Assembly (NCBI GenBank): GCA_964016885.1
Contig: OZ024742.1
Location: forward strand, 354,392,001 to 354,456,000
Source: Eledone cirrhosa
Lineage: Eukaryota
Direction of reading: 5' to 3'
Length of the DNA: 64,000 bases
Under the pieces are notes generated by a model. That model saw only the letters and a list, made by a program, of their open reading frames with translations, had not been told where the DNA came from and made no database searches. This document shows, piece after piece, positions 11,483-24,823 of the stretch (within the stretch, counting starts at the first letter, position 1; the number at the start of each line of letters is the position of its first letter). The position numbers were made by a program, and so were the translations under genes.

Positions 11483-14421
11483 TGCATTTATCTTGCTTTA
11501 TGTTTATACGAGTTATCACCAAGTCACAACCAGTGACCTCAAGAGACAACAAGGTCCGCCATGTTCAAGAAAGAACACACATATTCACACATGCATCCTT
11601 AGTGTTTAGACTTGTGATGTACTTATATTGACAGGATCTTCCTTAGTATATGGGCAGTTCCCATTAGTACTATCTTTTGTATTTCTCCTATACGCGGGTT
11701 TCCTGGGATTTGCGATAAGTAGTCGTTAGACCCCTTAGGTATCATTCCCAGAGCGCCTACAACCACTGGTATTGTTTTAGTTCTCAATTTCCACATTTTT
11801 CCAATTTCTATCTCCAGGTCCTTATACTTGCTCAATTTTTCAAATGTTTTTATAGATACATTCTTGTCTATTGGAACAGACATATCAATTAGCAGGCATA
11901 CCCTCCTTTGAAAGTCCTTCAATATTATATCAGGTCTATTTGCATCTATTTTTCGGTCTGTTTGGATGCTAAAGTTCCACAAGATTGAGATGTGATCTTT
12001 TTCAAGTATGGGAGGTGGTTGATGCTCCCACCAATTCTTTTGATGGGGCAGGTCAAAATGCTTGCACATTATCCAATGTATGTATTGTGCAGCTCTGTCA
12101 TGCCTGTTTAGGTATTCGGTTGGAGCTATAGGACTGCACATTGAAATTATATGGTCAATGGTCTCTGGTTGTTTTTTGCATACACGGCATAATGGGCTGC
12201 ACCCATTTTTTATTATGTTGGCTTGGTAATTTTTTGTTGGCAGACACTGATCTTGCGCGGATATAATCAGTCCTTCAGTCTCCGATTTCAGTCCAGAGGA
12301 TGCCAACCACTGATGGGTTAAAGTTTTGTCAACATCAGGATTGTTAGCTCGCTCTGGGTATTTTCCATACAGAGGCTTTTCTTGCCATTTCTTAGCCAGT
12401 TTCTGTAGCAGTTCTTTCTTTGCAGTTACTTTTACCTGCTTTGCTTTTTCTGTGTTTTCCATTTCAGCAGTAAATGGGACTTCTGAAATTTGTAGTCCAT
12501 TACTGTATCTTTGTGCATCTTTTGTAATGGAATATGATCTTTTGGTGCTTTCGTGTTTCAAAACGAGTTTGATCATCCAATCATGTGATTCCCTTAGATA
12601 TGTGGATAATCCAATTGTTGCAGTTTTCCACGCAATGTCTAACTGGATTAACCCACGTCCTCCTTCTTTCCTAGGGAGATATATTCTATCTATGTCTGCC
12701 TTAGGGTGATGCATTCTGTGCATGGTTAAGAATTTTCGGATTTTTGTATCGAGCCTACGGATCTCTGTGCTTGATCAGTTGATGACATTGTAACTGTAGG
12801 TTACTACTGGTATGGCAAGCGTGTTTATGGCATCGATCCTATTCCTTGCATTCAATTCCGTTCTTAAGATTGCTCTGACTCTGCGGTAACATTCCTTCCT
12901 TATCCTTTCCCTCATTGTCGAGTGCTTGATTCCGTCTCCTTCACAAACACTTAGATATTTGTAAGTTTGTTCTTGATCAATCTCTCTTATCACGTTCCCC
13001 CGATCAAGATTAATGTCTGAACTCTTCAGCAGCTTTCCTCTGGTGAACGTTGCTTTGGCGCATTTATCCAGTCCAAACTCCATGTTAATGTCATCACTGA
13101 ACTGCTTCACAGTGGATAATAGCCCTTGCAATTGTTCATCATTTTTTGCAAATAGTTTCAGGTCATCCATGTAGAACAGGTGATTAATGGTTTTGTCATA
13201 GACTCTATATCCATGTTTTGTTTCATTGAGCATTTTACTTAATGGTATAAGTGCGATGCAGAATAAAAGCGGTGATAAAGAGTCACCCTGAAAAATTCCA
13301 CAATTAATGTTAACTTCTCCAGCTTCCAGTGATTTTGTTTCACTATTCAAAAGGAGTGTCGTTCTCCATGTCCTCATACTGAATGACAAAAACCTCCTGA
13401 TAAAGGGGGATATTTTGAAAATCTCTAAACATTTTTCAATCCAACTGTGTGGCAAACTATCAAATGCTTTTTTATAATCTATCCAAGCAATCGATAGATT
13501 TTTGTGTCTATTATGACAATCTTCCAGTATCATTTTGTTAACCAGAAGCTGATCCTTACAGCCATATGAGCCTCGTTTACACCCTTTCTGCTCAATGGGA
13601 AATAGGTCATTTGTTATCAGGTGGTCATATGTGTATTCAGTTAGGACTGATGTTAAAATTTTATACATTGTGGTCAAGCAGGTTATCGGTCTGTAATTTT
13701 TGGGATTGTTTGTCTCATCATTCTTCGGTAGCAGGAATGTAATGCCGTTAACTAGCCATGATGGTATATTTTCTGGCTCCTTAACTATTTCATTGTAAAG
13801 TTGGGCTAACAGCTCATGAGACTCTGTGAAGGCATTTATCCAAAAGTTTTGTATTTTGTCTTTTCCTGGGGATTTCCATTTGCTGGTTTTTCTTAGAGCC
13901 AAGCGCAGCTGTTCAACTGTTATATTTTCCCATGTTTGTTCTTCAAGGTGAGCTGTTTCTTTCATTTGTCTGTCTATCCATGGGGCATGTATGTTATGAA
14001 CTTTTTCTTCGGCCCAGATCTTTTCCCAGAATTCTTGCACTTCCTCCTTGGGTGGTATTGATTTAGCAGTTATTGTTGACTTACCAATTTTTCTGTAGAA
14101 GTTTCTTTGGTTGTTTTTGAACATATTATTGTCCTTATAGAATCTAGATCGTTTTTCAAAGCGCCTTATACGAGCAGCTTTGGCCGACACTTTTTGCTTG
14201 ATTGTTTCTATCAGCATGTCTATGTCACATGTTGATCTTATACTGTACTTTTTTTTCAATTTTCTAAGTTTAGTTTGTTTAACATGTTCACCTACTTTAT
14301 AGTTTGTTAAAATTTCTATGTCAGATCGGAGAAGGTTTATTTGGCGATTGATGTTATCTTGCCAAGTAGATTTCTTGTGGGAATTCCTTTGTTTTTTCAT
14401 CTTCACTCCACATAAGTGAGT
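11483..14421 (-). mobile_element. Dong/R4-clade RLE non-LTR retrotransposon, family A copy 1 (5'-truncated, one TGA at 12775-12777)
   Basis: RT motifs [19 protein letters not shown] and LFYMDDLK; CCHC knuckle CRVCKKQPETIDHIISMC; RLE motif RPDIILKD..IDMSVP..EKLSKY. (TAA)n on both sides. Confidence 0.95.
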
Positions 14422-14451
14422 ATTATTATTATTATTATTATTGTTATTGTT

Positions 14452-14597
14452 ATTCCTTGAATCTCAGTCATTGATGTTGGTTAACTGGAAAGTCCGTTGG
14501 ATTGAATATCAAGCCACTACCTGCAGCCTCAGATATTCAGGACGTATCGGAGGGTTCTTGCCGTTCCAAGCAAGCATGCCTTTTGAAGCGTTCCAAA

Positions 14598-14598
<1 letters not shown>
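14452..14598 (-). mobile_element. Dong/R4 family B 3'-end stub
   Basis: Matches the 3' UTR and last codons of 15036-15180; flanked by (TTA)n. Confidence 0.85.
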
Positions 14599-14660
<62 letters not shown>

Positions 14661-14667
14661 GTTGTTA

Positions 14668-14798
14668 TTCCTTGAATCTCAGTCATTGATGTTGGTTAAC
14701 TGGAAAGTTTGTTGAAATGAATATCAAGCCACTACCTGCAGCCTCAGATATTCAGGACGTATCGGAGGGTTCTTGCTGTTCCCAGTGCGCGTATGACA
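14668..14798 (-). mobile_element. Dong/R4 family B 3'-end stub with internal deletion
   Basis: 3' UTR match. GCTGTTCC is joined to CAGTGCGC.TATGACAA, skipping about 90 bp relative to the copy at 15036. Confidence 0.8.
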
Positions 14799-14821
14799 AT
14801 TATTATTATTATTATTATTAA

Positions 14822-14871
<50 letters not shown>

Positions 14872-14873
<2 letters not shown>

Positions 14874-14975
14874 CCCGCCAAGGTTAACCCTGCCCTTCAT
14901 CCCCACGAGGTCGACAAAACAAAGTACCAGCAATGCACTGGATAATTGCTGGCCCTGTGCCAAAAGTAGAAACAA
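14872..14975 (+). mobile_element. 5'-truncated tRNA-derived SINE (Meta-domain-like)
   Basis: GCCCTTCATCC..GAGGTCGACAAAACAAAGTACCAG..CCCTGTGCCAAAAGTAGAAAC; homologous to 58949-59125. Confidence 0.75.
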
Positions 14976-15035
14976 TTATCATTATTATTATTATTATTAT
15001 TATTACTATTATTATTATTATTATTATTGCTGCTA

Positions 15036-17037
15036 TTCCCTGAATCTCAGTCATTGATGTTGGTTAACTGGAAAGTCCGTTGGATTGAATATCAAGCCAC
15101 TACCTGCAGCCTCAGATATTCAGGACGTATCGGAGGGTTCTTGCTGTTCCAAGCAAGCATGCCTTTTGAAGCGTTCCAAAAAGCGTGAAGGGGCCGATTT
15201 TCTTTAACCATCCCTGGAAACTTTTGGAGATAGTCCCCAGTGCGCCTATGACAATCGGGATCACTTTGACTTCATGGCAGTTCCAAATCCTTTTCACCTC
15301 CCACTTTAGGTCCTGGTATCGGTTAATTTTCTCCCTCTCCTTCTCTTGCACTCTCGTGTCGAACAGGCAGGCCACATCCACAATCAGACACGATCTTTTT
15401 TCTTTGTCCACAACCACCAGGTCAGGTCTATTGTGTTCCAGTTTTTTGTCGGTCTGTATCCTAAAATCCCACAGCACCTTCACCTGATTGTTCTCCATCA
15501 CCGCCTCTGGCCTATGCTCATACCATTTCTCAGAATGTCGTAAATTGTTTACTTTGCACAGGTGCCAGTGGATCACCCTGCCCATCACATCGTGTCTCCA
15601 GCCCTTATAGTGGGTCTGGGCTAGGTGTTTACACTCGGACACAACGTGAGCCACAGTCTCCTCTCTCTCTCCACAGATCCTGCACAGTGGGCTAGCCTCC
15701 TCCTTGTAAATATGGTGCTTCAACCACTTCGTTTTGAGGGCCTGCTCCTGCGCAGCCATTAGCATTCCTTCTGTAGCCTTTTTGAGGTCTCCTCTTCTCA
15801 ACCAGTTCCATGTCTGTGGATCTCTAAATTCAGTTTTCTCAAAGAAGATACTATGAAGGGATTTTCCCTTAAGGCTGCTCTTCCTCCTTGATGTTATTTC
15901 CTCCTTGGACATCCCCTGGCCTACTGTCCCCTCCTTCAGTACAGTTCTGAGCATTGGCTCCTTACTATAGGTCACGTATTTGTATAGGTTGTTTTTCTCC
16001 ATCTGAACACAGTCCTCTATGCTGATAAGACCTCTTCCACCCTCAGATCTCCTTAGGTAGAGTCTATCGACATCACTCCTCTTGTGGAACATGTTGTAGA
16101 TAGTCAATAGCTTCCTAGTCTTCCTATCCATTTCTTTTTGTTCAGCAACATTCCATCTCAGAATTCCCGCACTGTACCTAATAATAGACACAGCTCGGGA
16201 ATTGACTGCGATTATGGCATTTCTGCTGTTCAGATGTGACTTCAATACGCTCCTTACTCTCCGAATGTATTCAGTTCTTAACAATTCCTTCATTTTTTTG
16301 TTCTTTATGCCATCAGCCTCCAGAACGCCCAAATACTTGTATCCTTCCTCAGAGTCAATTTCCTTTATCATTTCACCTGTTGGTATCTGGATCCCGTTAC
16401 TTCTGCTCAACCTACCCCTCCTCATCACAATGACTCCACATTTACCAATACCAAACTGCATACATATATCATTGCTGAAAATACGGACAGTGTCAACAAG
16501 CACATCCAACTCCTTCTCACTTTTCCCGAAGAGCTTAAGATCGTCCATGAAGAGGAGGTGATTGATGGTAAGCTCTCCCCTTCCCAACTTGTATCCTGCT
16601 CTCACTTTTCGCAGCATAATGGTCAAGGGCAACAGGGCAAGGACAAACAACAGAGGGGACAGGCTATCTCCCTGGAAGATACCTCTCTTGATCTTCACGC
16701 TTCCCAAGGATACTCCAGTTGATGTCAACTCTGTCTCCCAGGACCCCATACTCCTGCCCAGCAACTGTCTGATGTTGTCTGCCACCCTGAAGATCTCCAG
16801 GCTTTTGGTGATCCAAGAATGAGGCACCATGTCAAATGCCTTTCTGTAGTCTATCCATCCCATGGCAAGATCAGTGTGTCTCCTCCTGCAATTCCCCATT
16901 ACCATCTTATCAATAAGTAACTGGTCCTTTGGACCACGTGACTTCTTTCGGCATCCTTTCTGTTCGTCCGGTAACAAGTTGTTTGTGTGGAGGTGATGGT
17001 AGATTTCCTCAGACACAATGCTCGTCAGCAGTTTCCA

Positions 17038-17040
<3 letters not shown>
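15036..17040 (-). mobile_element. Dong/R4-clade RLE non-LTR retrotransposon, family B copy 1 (5'-truncated, open frame 15112-17040)
   Basis: [50 protein letters not shown] and [17 protein letters not shown]. The poly-Ile N-terminus is translated (TAA)n. Confidence 0.95.
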
Positions 17041-17124
<84 letters not shown>

Positions 17125-17126
<2 letters not shown>

Positions 17127-18866
17127 TTTGAGTCTCAGTCATTGATGTTAGTTAACAGGAAAGTTTGTTGAAATGAATATCAAGCCACTACCTGCAGCCT
17201 CAGATATTCAGGACGTATCGGAGGGTTCTTGCTGTTCCCAGCAAGCATGCTTTTGAAGCGTTCCAAAAAGCGTGAATGGGCCAAATTTATTTAACCATTC
17301 CTGGAATGGTCCCTTGTTCGCCTATGACAATCGGGATCACTTTAACTTCATGGCAGTTCCAAATCCTTTTTACCTCCCACTTTAAGTCCTGGTATCGGTT
17401 AATTTTCTCCCTCTCCTTCTCTTGCACTCTCGTGTCGAATGGGCAGGCCACATCCACAATCAGGCACGATATTTTTTCTTTGTCCTCAACCACCAGGTCA
17501 ATTCTATTGTGTTCCAGTTTCTTGTCCGTCTGTATCCTAAAATCCCACAGCACCTTCACCTGATCGTTTTCTATCACCGACTCTGGCTTATGCTCATACC
17601 ACTTCTCAGAATGTGGTAAATTGTTTACTTTGCATAGGTGCCAGTGGATCACCCTGCCCATCACATCATGTCTGCAGCCCTTATAGTGAGTCTGGGCTAG
17701 GTGTTTACACTCGGACACAATGTGAGCCACAGTCTCCTCTCTCTCTCCACAGATCCTGCACAGTGGGCTAGCCTCCTCCTTGTAAATATGGTGTTTCAAC
17801 CACTTCGTTTTGAAGGCCTGCTCCTGATCAGCCATTAACATTCCTTCTGTAGCCTTTTTAAGGTCTCCTCTTTTCAACCAGTTCCATGTCTGTGGATATC
17901 TAAATTCAGTTTTCTCAAAGAAGGTACTATGAAGGGATTTTTCCTGAAGGCTGCTCTTTCTCCTTGATGTTATTTCCTCCTTGGGCATCCCCTGGCCTAT
18001 TGTCCCCTCTTTCAGTACAGTTCTGAGCATTGGCTCCTTACTATCAGTCACGTATTTGTGTAGGTTGTTTTTCTCCATCTGAACACAGTCCTCTATGCTG
18101 ATAAGACCTCTTCCACCTTCAGAACTCCTTAAGTAGAATCTATCGACATCACTCCTCTTGTGGAACATGTTGTAGATAGTCAATAGCTTCCTAGTCTTCC
18201 TATCCATTTCTATTTGTTCAGCAACATTCCATCTCAGAATTCCCGCACTGTACCTAATAATAGACACAGCTCGGGAATTTACTGCACTTATGGCATTCCT
18301 ACTGTTCAGATATGACTTTAATACGTTCCTTACTCTGCGAATGTATTCAGTTCTTATCAATTCCTTCATTTTTTTGTTCTTGATGTCATCAGCCTCCAGA
18401 ACACCCAAATACTTATATCCTTCTTCAGAGTCAATTTCCTTTATCATCTCACCTGTTGGTACCTGGATTCCGTTACTTCTGCTCAACTTACCCCTCTTCA
18501 TCACAATGACTCCACACGTACTAATACCAAATTGCATACATATACCATTGCTGAAAATACGGACAGTGTCAACAAGCACATCCAACTCCTTCTCACTCTT
18601 CCCGAAGAGCTTAAAATCGTCCATGAAGAGGAGGTGATTGATGGTAAGCCCTCCCTTTCCCAACCTGTATCCTGCTCTCACTTTTCGCAGGACACTGGTC
18701 AGGGGCATCGCGGCAAGGACAAAAAACAGAGGGGATAGACTATATCCCTGAAAGATACCTCTCTTGATCTTCACGCTTCCCAAGGATTCTCCAGTTGATG
18801 TTAACTCTGTTTCCTAGGACTTCATACTTTTGCCCAACAACTGTCTGATGTTATCTGCCACCTTAC
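17125..18866 (-). mobile_element. Dong/R4 family B copy 2 (5'-truncated, decayed)
   Basis: ORF 17287..18783 is closely similar to family B copy 1, with a stop near 18815 and a frameshift near the 3' end. (TTA)n flanks. Confidence 0.92.
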
Positions 18867-18867
18867 A

Positions 18868-18918
<51 letters not shown>

Positions 18919-19126
18919 GGCGACCTACGTAGTAAATCGTATCATCGTGAGCTCCGCAAAGGTTTGTTATTTCCGTTTGTTAAAAATTGCCATTTATGGA
19001 ACATTTTTATTGTTAACCATATATATGCGCACATACATTGTTTTCCGAAAAGGACACCCAAAAAGATTGGGGCCTTGTGCCCAAAATTTAAACTTTTATT
19101 ATTATAAACAAATTTCTTTGAAAAAA

Positions 19127-21109
19127 ATGGCTAATTCACCTCTGCACCAAGCAGCTGAAAGCCTTCCTCACAAATTAACACCTCACACCGACGCCACAAT
19201 TGTAAATGTTACTACGTTTGCCAACACAAAAACAATATAAGCAGTAGCAATATTTTAAATTTGTCTCAGGCAGACATTCATTTCCCGCCATTACCAATGA
19301 CTGCAGGTGTTAAAGCCTCCACCACCACCACCACCGCGACAACCCCCACCTCCACCACCACTGCAACAACAGAAACAAAAGAAGAAAATAATAAATTAAC
19401 TCGTGATGTCGAAATGAACTCAAGCAAAATGGACTCTTCCCCACCAAAGACGACTGACGACACCACCAGCACAACTGAAACTAAAATTAATATTAACACA
19501 AATAACGATAGCAACAACAACAACAATGACATTATAAAACCCACCCTCATTTTCGCCAGAGTAGCAAAATAGTTCGAAGCATTTACGGTAACTCAGAAGG
19601 ATTTAGAAAATGCCAAACAAATGGTAAAGAAAGATGGGTACAGGGTCAGCCTCACCCCCCACCTAATAAAATGGAGCATCGGCGCCTATGCACCGTGTCG
19701 TATCGAACGATAAATGTAAAATCGCGCCGAGTGGAACGGGCATCCGAGTCCAAAATCCAAAAAGCTTTGGGACATGTGTGGGCAAAAAAAACCCACATCA
19801 GACGTGGGCAGAAGTATGGAACCGTGGACGTGTTCTTTGAAACACCAGAGGAGGCTAGAGAACACTCCATGGCCCCATTAAGAAGTGACGACTTCTCACT
19901 CGTCCCAAGCTATTGTGGCCAGAGACTCGTAAAGATCAGGGTGACCCACGTTCCACCGGCCATCGAAATTCCCTGGCTAATAGCGGCCGTCCTCGCCGGC
20001 ATCGAAGCCAACACAAAAATAATAGCAATAGCAAAAGAAAAGCAGGAGAACTGGTCCGAAACTGGGATGGAGCTCCTGATCCAAGCGGACCAAAAAAGTA
20101 TTGAGGAGATCCCAGAGGTAATAGACCTCACTGACGGCAGCCACCTCACGGTAATTGTCGAGGCCAGAAGACCTAGGTGTGTCGTTTGTGGTGAAGGAAC
20201 CCACCTAAGGGCTTTCTGCCCTCAGGCTAAAAGGTTGAGGCCTACTCTCCTAACCACCCCAGTGACACAACCATCAACACCACCAGTAGCAGAGATGGCA
20301 GCAACAACTGTAGCAGCAACTATAACAGCTACAACCCCAGCAACAGTAGCAAAACCAACACCACCACCACCACCACCAGCAAAACCAACACCACCACCAC
20401 CCAACGCTTCAGAACTAGCACCAGCGCCTACACCATCCACCACGCCACAACCAAAACTAACGCCTATGGAGGATTTTCCACTCCCCGGCCTATCACAACT
20501 GGAGACAGATTGTGACGACAAGGAGTGGGAAACGATATCCGGAAAAAGAAAGAAACCAAAAAAGAAAAAATTCTCTTCCTTCCCCCTCCAAAAACAAAAT
20601 ACAGAGGGAAACAAATAAACTAAGAAACAAAAAAAGTTAGGACAGATATGCCACCATCCACACCAGCATCACCAACCCCATCAACCCAAACACCAACACC
20701 ATCACCATCATTAACTCCAACACCACCATCACCTACATCACAAAAGTCACCAAAATGCGAAAGAGAAACAAACCCACAACAAACGCAAACAAAACAAAAC
20801 AACCAAAACGATACACACTACACAGCATTAAATTTGAACAACAAGCAATTATTACACTACATCCAACACAACACCAGCATCACAGAAAAAGACTACACAA
20901 CAACCCCACAATTCACACCACCTCCACACTTACAAATCACTCGCATCACACAGAAAACGTACATGACACTAAAACAAAAATTCCCCAAAGACATCGGAGA
21001 CTTCCGACAAGCACTCTCCAGGAGGATTTATAAGGACATCCTTCCTGAGGAGGCCACAAGCAGTGAAAAGGATGGAAAAACCGTCCTTCCGCTACGAGAA
21101 GTAAGGTAA
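19127..21109 (+). pseudogene. Tx1 ORF1 (gag-like, CCHC zinc knuckle, Pro/Thr-rich), interrupted by stops and frameshifts
   Basis: CVVCGEGTHLRAFC knuckle; pieces are ORFs 18830-19240, 19261-19572, 19671-20618 and 20648-21109. Confidence 0.75.
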
Positions 21110-21143
21110 GTGGTCTTTCCCATCTTTTCCACTCCTTTTCAAC

Positions 21144-24100
21144 ATGACCTCACTCAGAATAGGCAGCATAAATGCGCGTGGCTTGGGGTCGTCATGGAAG
21201 CAGGGCCACCTGCTCAACGACCTCAGGTCACTAAACATAGATGTAGTGGCCATCAGCGAGATCAGAATCTCCGAAGCACAGGCTTTCGCACCGATCTTCG
21301 GCGGATACGATGTGTACGCATCTCCCAGCCGTCCGGGATCGGGGGGTGGAGTTGCTGTGCTTTTTCTGAGAGGTTTGGATCTTGCCATACGGGCCATCTT
21401 CCTGGACCCAGAAGGTAAGTTGGTGGTGCTGGACGTGACCAGCGGAGACGGGCAAGCTTTCAGGTTAGTGGCCGTCTATGCCCTGACAGGAGCAGGGCGG
21501 CCTGATTTCTTCCGGCGTCTGGAGACCTTTCTTCGAACGTCCCGCTCTTTAGTGTTAGTGGGCGACTGGAACGGGATCTTAGATGCACGCTGGGATTGTG
21601 TGGGATTAGTGGATAGTGAAGGAGGGTGCAATAGTCTCACCAACCTGCTCAGACGTTTTGTACTCTCTGACAGGTACCGAATGGATTTCCCGAATGTACC
21701 AATGTGGACTTGGACAAATCGCATAGGGTCATCCAGATCATATCTAGATAGAGTATTTTGTAGGGAAAGACATAGGTCTAGCATAGGCTGTCCACAATTC
21801 AAGATAGTCAGCTACACGGACCACAAATTCGTGATCTGTGTGCTTGACTTAGATAGACTTCATAGGCGAGGACCCGGCTACTGGAAGCTAAACGCGTCCT
21901 TACCAGCGCGCAAGGCCTACAGAGACCGGATTAGCGAACTAGTTAAGCGGGCGTTGACGGGGGCCATCTTCAACAACAAGTGGTGGTTTGCTCTGAAAAG
22001 AGCAATTAGAATAGAGTCCATTAGGTTTAGTAAGACTTTAGCAAAAGAGAAAAATAGAGCAGAGGGAGAACTAGTTAGAAAATTAGATGAGGCGCTTAGC
22101 AAAGGCATCGCGACCGACGTACTTGCGGCGAAATTGGCCCTTGACCAATTCTTCATTGCAAAGCACGAAGGCTGCGTTATCAGAGCTAGGGTGCGTGCTC
22201 TCAGACACGAGGGGAGGAAAGCCGTTCAATAGGCCCGAGTGGCGGAGGCGCGTCGTGGCAACAAAGCCACCATCCTGTCTTTGGTGGACCACGACGGGCG
22301 CATGCTACTCGATCCCGGGAAAATGTGTGAAGCTTTTCAGCGACACTTCGCTCAACTGTTCGGGGGCAGTGGCGGGCCGGATCGAGGGATGGACTTTAGT
22401 GTCTACCTCGACGGACTGCCGCGACTTTCGGCCACAGAGGCGGAGTGTTACGAAAAGCCGATAACAACCGCTGAAGTACGGGATGCAATGACTAGTTGCA
22501 CAAGGGGTAAATCGCCTGGTTTGTATGGTCTGCCCTATGAACTTTACGTACAAATGCCAAACTTGTTCGGAGGCCTCTTGGCGGACGTCTACTGCAACTG
22601 GCAACAGAACGGGAGAATTCCCAGCTCTGTTAGCCGAGGAGCGGTGGCGCTGCTGAGAAAGGATCCGAACAAGGGGGATAACATAGATAATTTTAGGCCC
22701 ATAACTCTGCTAAACACAGAGTTCAAGATTTTGGCCAAGGTGCTAGCAAAGAGGTTGGCGCTTGTCGTTGGTGGTCTGGTGGGAGAGGCACAGACATGCG
22801 CCATTCCCGACAGATCCATCCCCGACAACCCCCACCTCATGCGATACATCGTAGAGAGGGTAGCTAGGGAACCTGGCACGTGTGGGTCTTTGATCAATTT
22901 AGATCAGTCGAAATCCTTCGATAGGGTCGACCATCGTTACCTAGAGGCAGTCCTGAGGGCGGTTGGCTTTGGGCCCGTCTTCAGAGGCTGGATCGCTGCC
23001 ATGCACAGCAACATCTGCTCTGTAGTGAGAGTGAACGGTCACCTTTCGGAACCGTTCAACATCATGCGCTCGGTCCGCCAAGGATGTCCCCTCTCGTCCC
23101 TATTGTACGTATTGACTCTCGAGCCATTACTGCACAAACTGGAGACGTTGAGGGGGATCACGCGCGAACTAGGATGCGGAACATCCGTGTCAGCATATGC
23201 CGACGATGTCACCGTAGTGGTGTCGAACGCCAAACACATCGAGGCGATCGGCACTACACTAAGAGAATACGAAGCGGTGTCAAGAGCAATGATCAACCAG
23301 GAAATGTCAGTGGGCCTGCAGCTCGCCACCTGGAGCGGCAGGTCCATGCCGTCCAACAGCGTCGTCGGGCGCTGGACAGACGGACCGGTTAAATTGCCAT
23401 GGGTCTGGTTCGGTCCAGACCTCCAGACGGACAAAAACTGAGACGAGGTGACGAGCAGGGTGGCTTCTCTCACCCAGAAATGGGCCGAGAGGAAGCTATC
23501 CCTGAAAGGTCGAGCGGAGGTGGATAACGCGTACATCGCGTCCGTCATCTACTACCGCCTGACCGTCGTGCCTTGTCCTAAGCCCCGCCTGACTGCGCTG
23601 GAGCGTTTGCTCTTTCGCTTCTTGTGGCGGGGACGCGCTCGATGGTCAGGCGGTCCATCTGCTGTCAACACCCGCTACGTGGAGGGCTGGGCATGCCGTG
23701 GCTGATGATGCGCAGACACGCGCTCAGGCTACGACATCTCCACCTCTTCCTCGACGGTGATCAGGTGTGGTCGCCGTTTGCTAGACACGTTTTTCCCCAG
23801 CTCGTCTCCTTGACGGAGCTGCAGTCGTGGGTCAAGCGAAGACCGAGAGGGAGCGCTTGGAGACTGGAATGTCTTCAGGCGCTCACATCCCTCGACCAAT
23901 CGGGCAATGTGATCGGTGGAAACTCAACCTTGGCTTTCTATAGGGGATTAGTGGAAGGGAAGAGCGACGACGTACTTGGAGAAACTCTAGGCGTCGACGA
24001 AAATCAACTAGCCAATTTCTTCGGAAGGACTTTCGGGCCGGGGCCTATGGACAACTTCCAGAAATCCCTGGCCTGGCAGTGCTACCGGGGTGCTTTGCCA

Positions 24101-24565
24101 GTTCGGGATAAACTTTACAGGCATGGAGGTGCCGTCAACCGGGCATGTCCGAGATGCGCACAGGGCGACGAAACCGTCCTGCACGCACTCGTCCAGTTTC
24201 CGAGCATTGCTGACTTGTGGGTTTATGTCGAACACCTGCTGTCACGTGTAGGACGGATCCAGCTATCAGCTGAGTCCATCGTGAGGATTGCCCCGCCCTC
24301 TCCCTTTAGCCGGGAAGGGCAGGCAGTTTTTATCTGTCTGGTGGCCATGGCGAAAGAGATAGTATGGTGGACACGTTTGAAAGGGCTGAAGACGAGCACT
24401 TACCTCTTCGGTGATGCCCTGATTAACTTTTTCAAATTTCATCTGAAAAGGAAAATCAGGGTAGAGAGGGAAGTGCTCTCTTCCCAGCATTTTGTTGAAA
24501 GATGGGTTTGAGAAGCAAGTATGGCCCGAAGGAATGGGCCTTCTCTGAGTATGTGTCTGTTAATT
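21144..24565 (+). pseudogene. Tx1 ORF2: APE endonuclease, RT and zf-RVT, with in-frame stops and a frameshift
   Basis: SINARGL, VGDWN, SYLDRV and YTDH (APE); RPITLLNTEFKILAK, LDQSKSFDRVDH, VRQGCPLS and AYADDV (RT); CPRCAQGDETVLHAL. Stops at 22230, 23439 and 24509; frameshift near 23637. Confidence 0.92.
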
Positions 24566-24823
24566 AAAGGTGGAAAACTGGGAGAGGGCACTTGCCCTGG
24601 TGGTCAGGGCCACTGTGGTCTTTTAATGGGCTTTCTCCACAAATGTCCCTCGGAAGTCTCCCCCCTATTAGGGAATTTTTCTTTGTTATTTTATTTCATC
24701 CTCTGTTTTTTTACACGCAGAAATGCCTATTTGTACCGTCCTGTATTGTCCTGTACTGTCCTTAATGTCTACTTTATGTAAACCCTTGTGGTTAATAAAG
24801 AAAACATTATTATTATTATTATT

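Larger units (their letters stand above)
18919..24805 (+). mobile_element. apparently full-length Tx1/L1-clade non-LTR retrotransposon inserted in (TTA)n
   Basis: 5' UTR, ORF1 and ORF2 are present; AATAAA at 24794 precedes an (ATT)n tail; TTA repeats lie on both sides. Confidence 0.92.

Noticed and set aside
14440-17230. Repeated ~100 bp units separated by variable sequence, superficially CRISPR-like
   Set aside because: These are 3' ends of Dong-type retrotransposons in eukaryotic DNA; there are no cas genes and no regular spacing.
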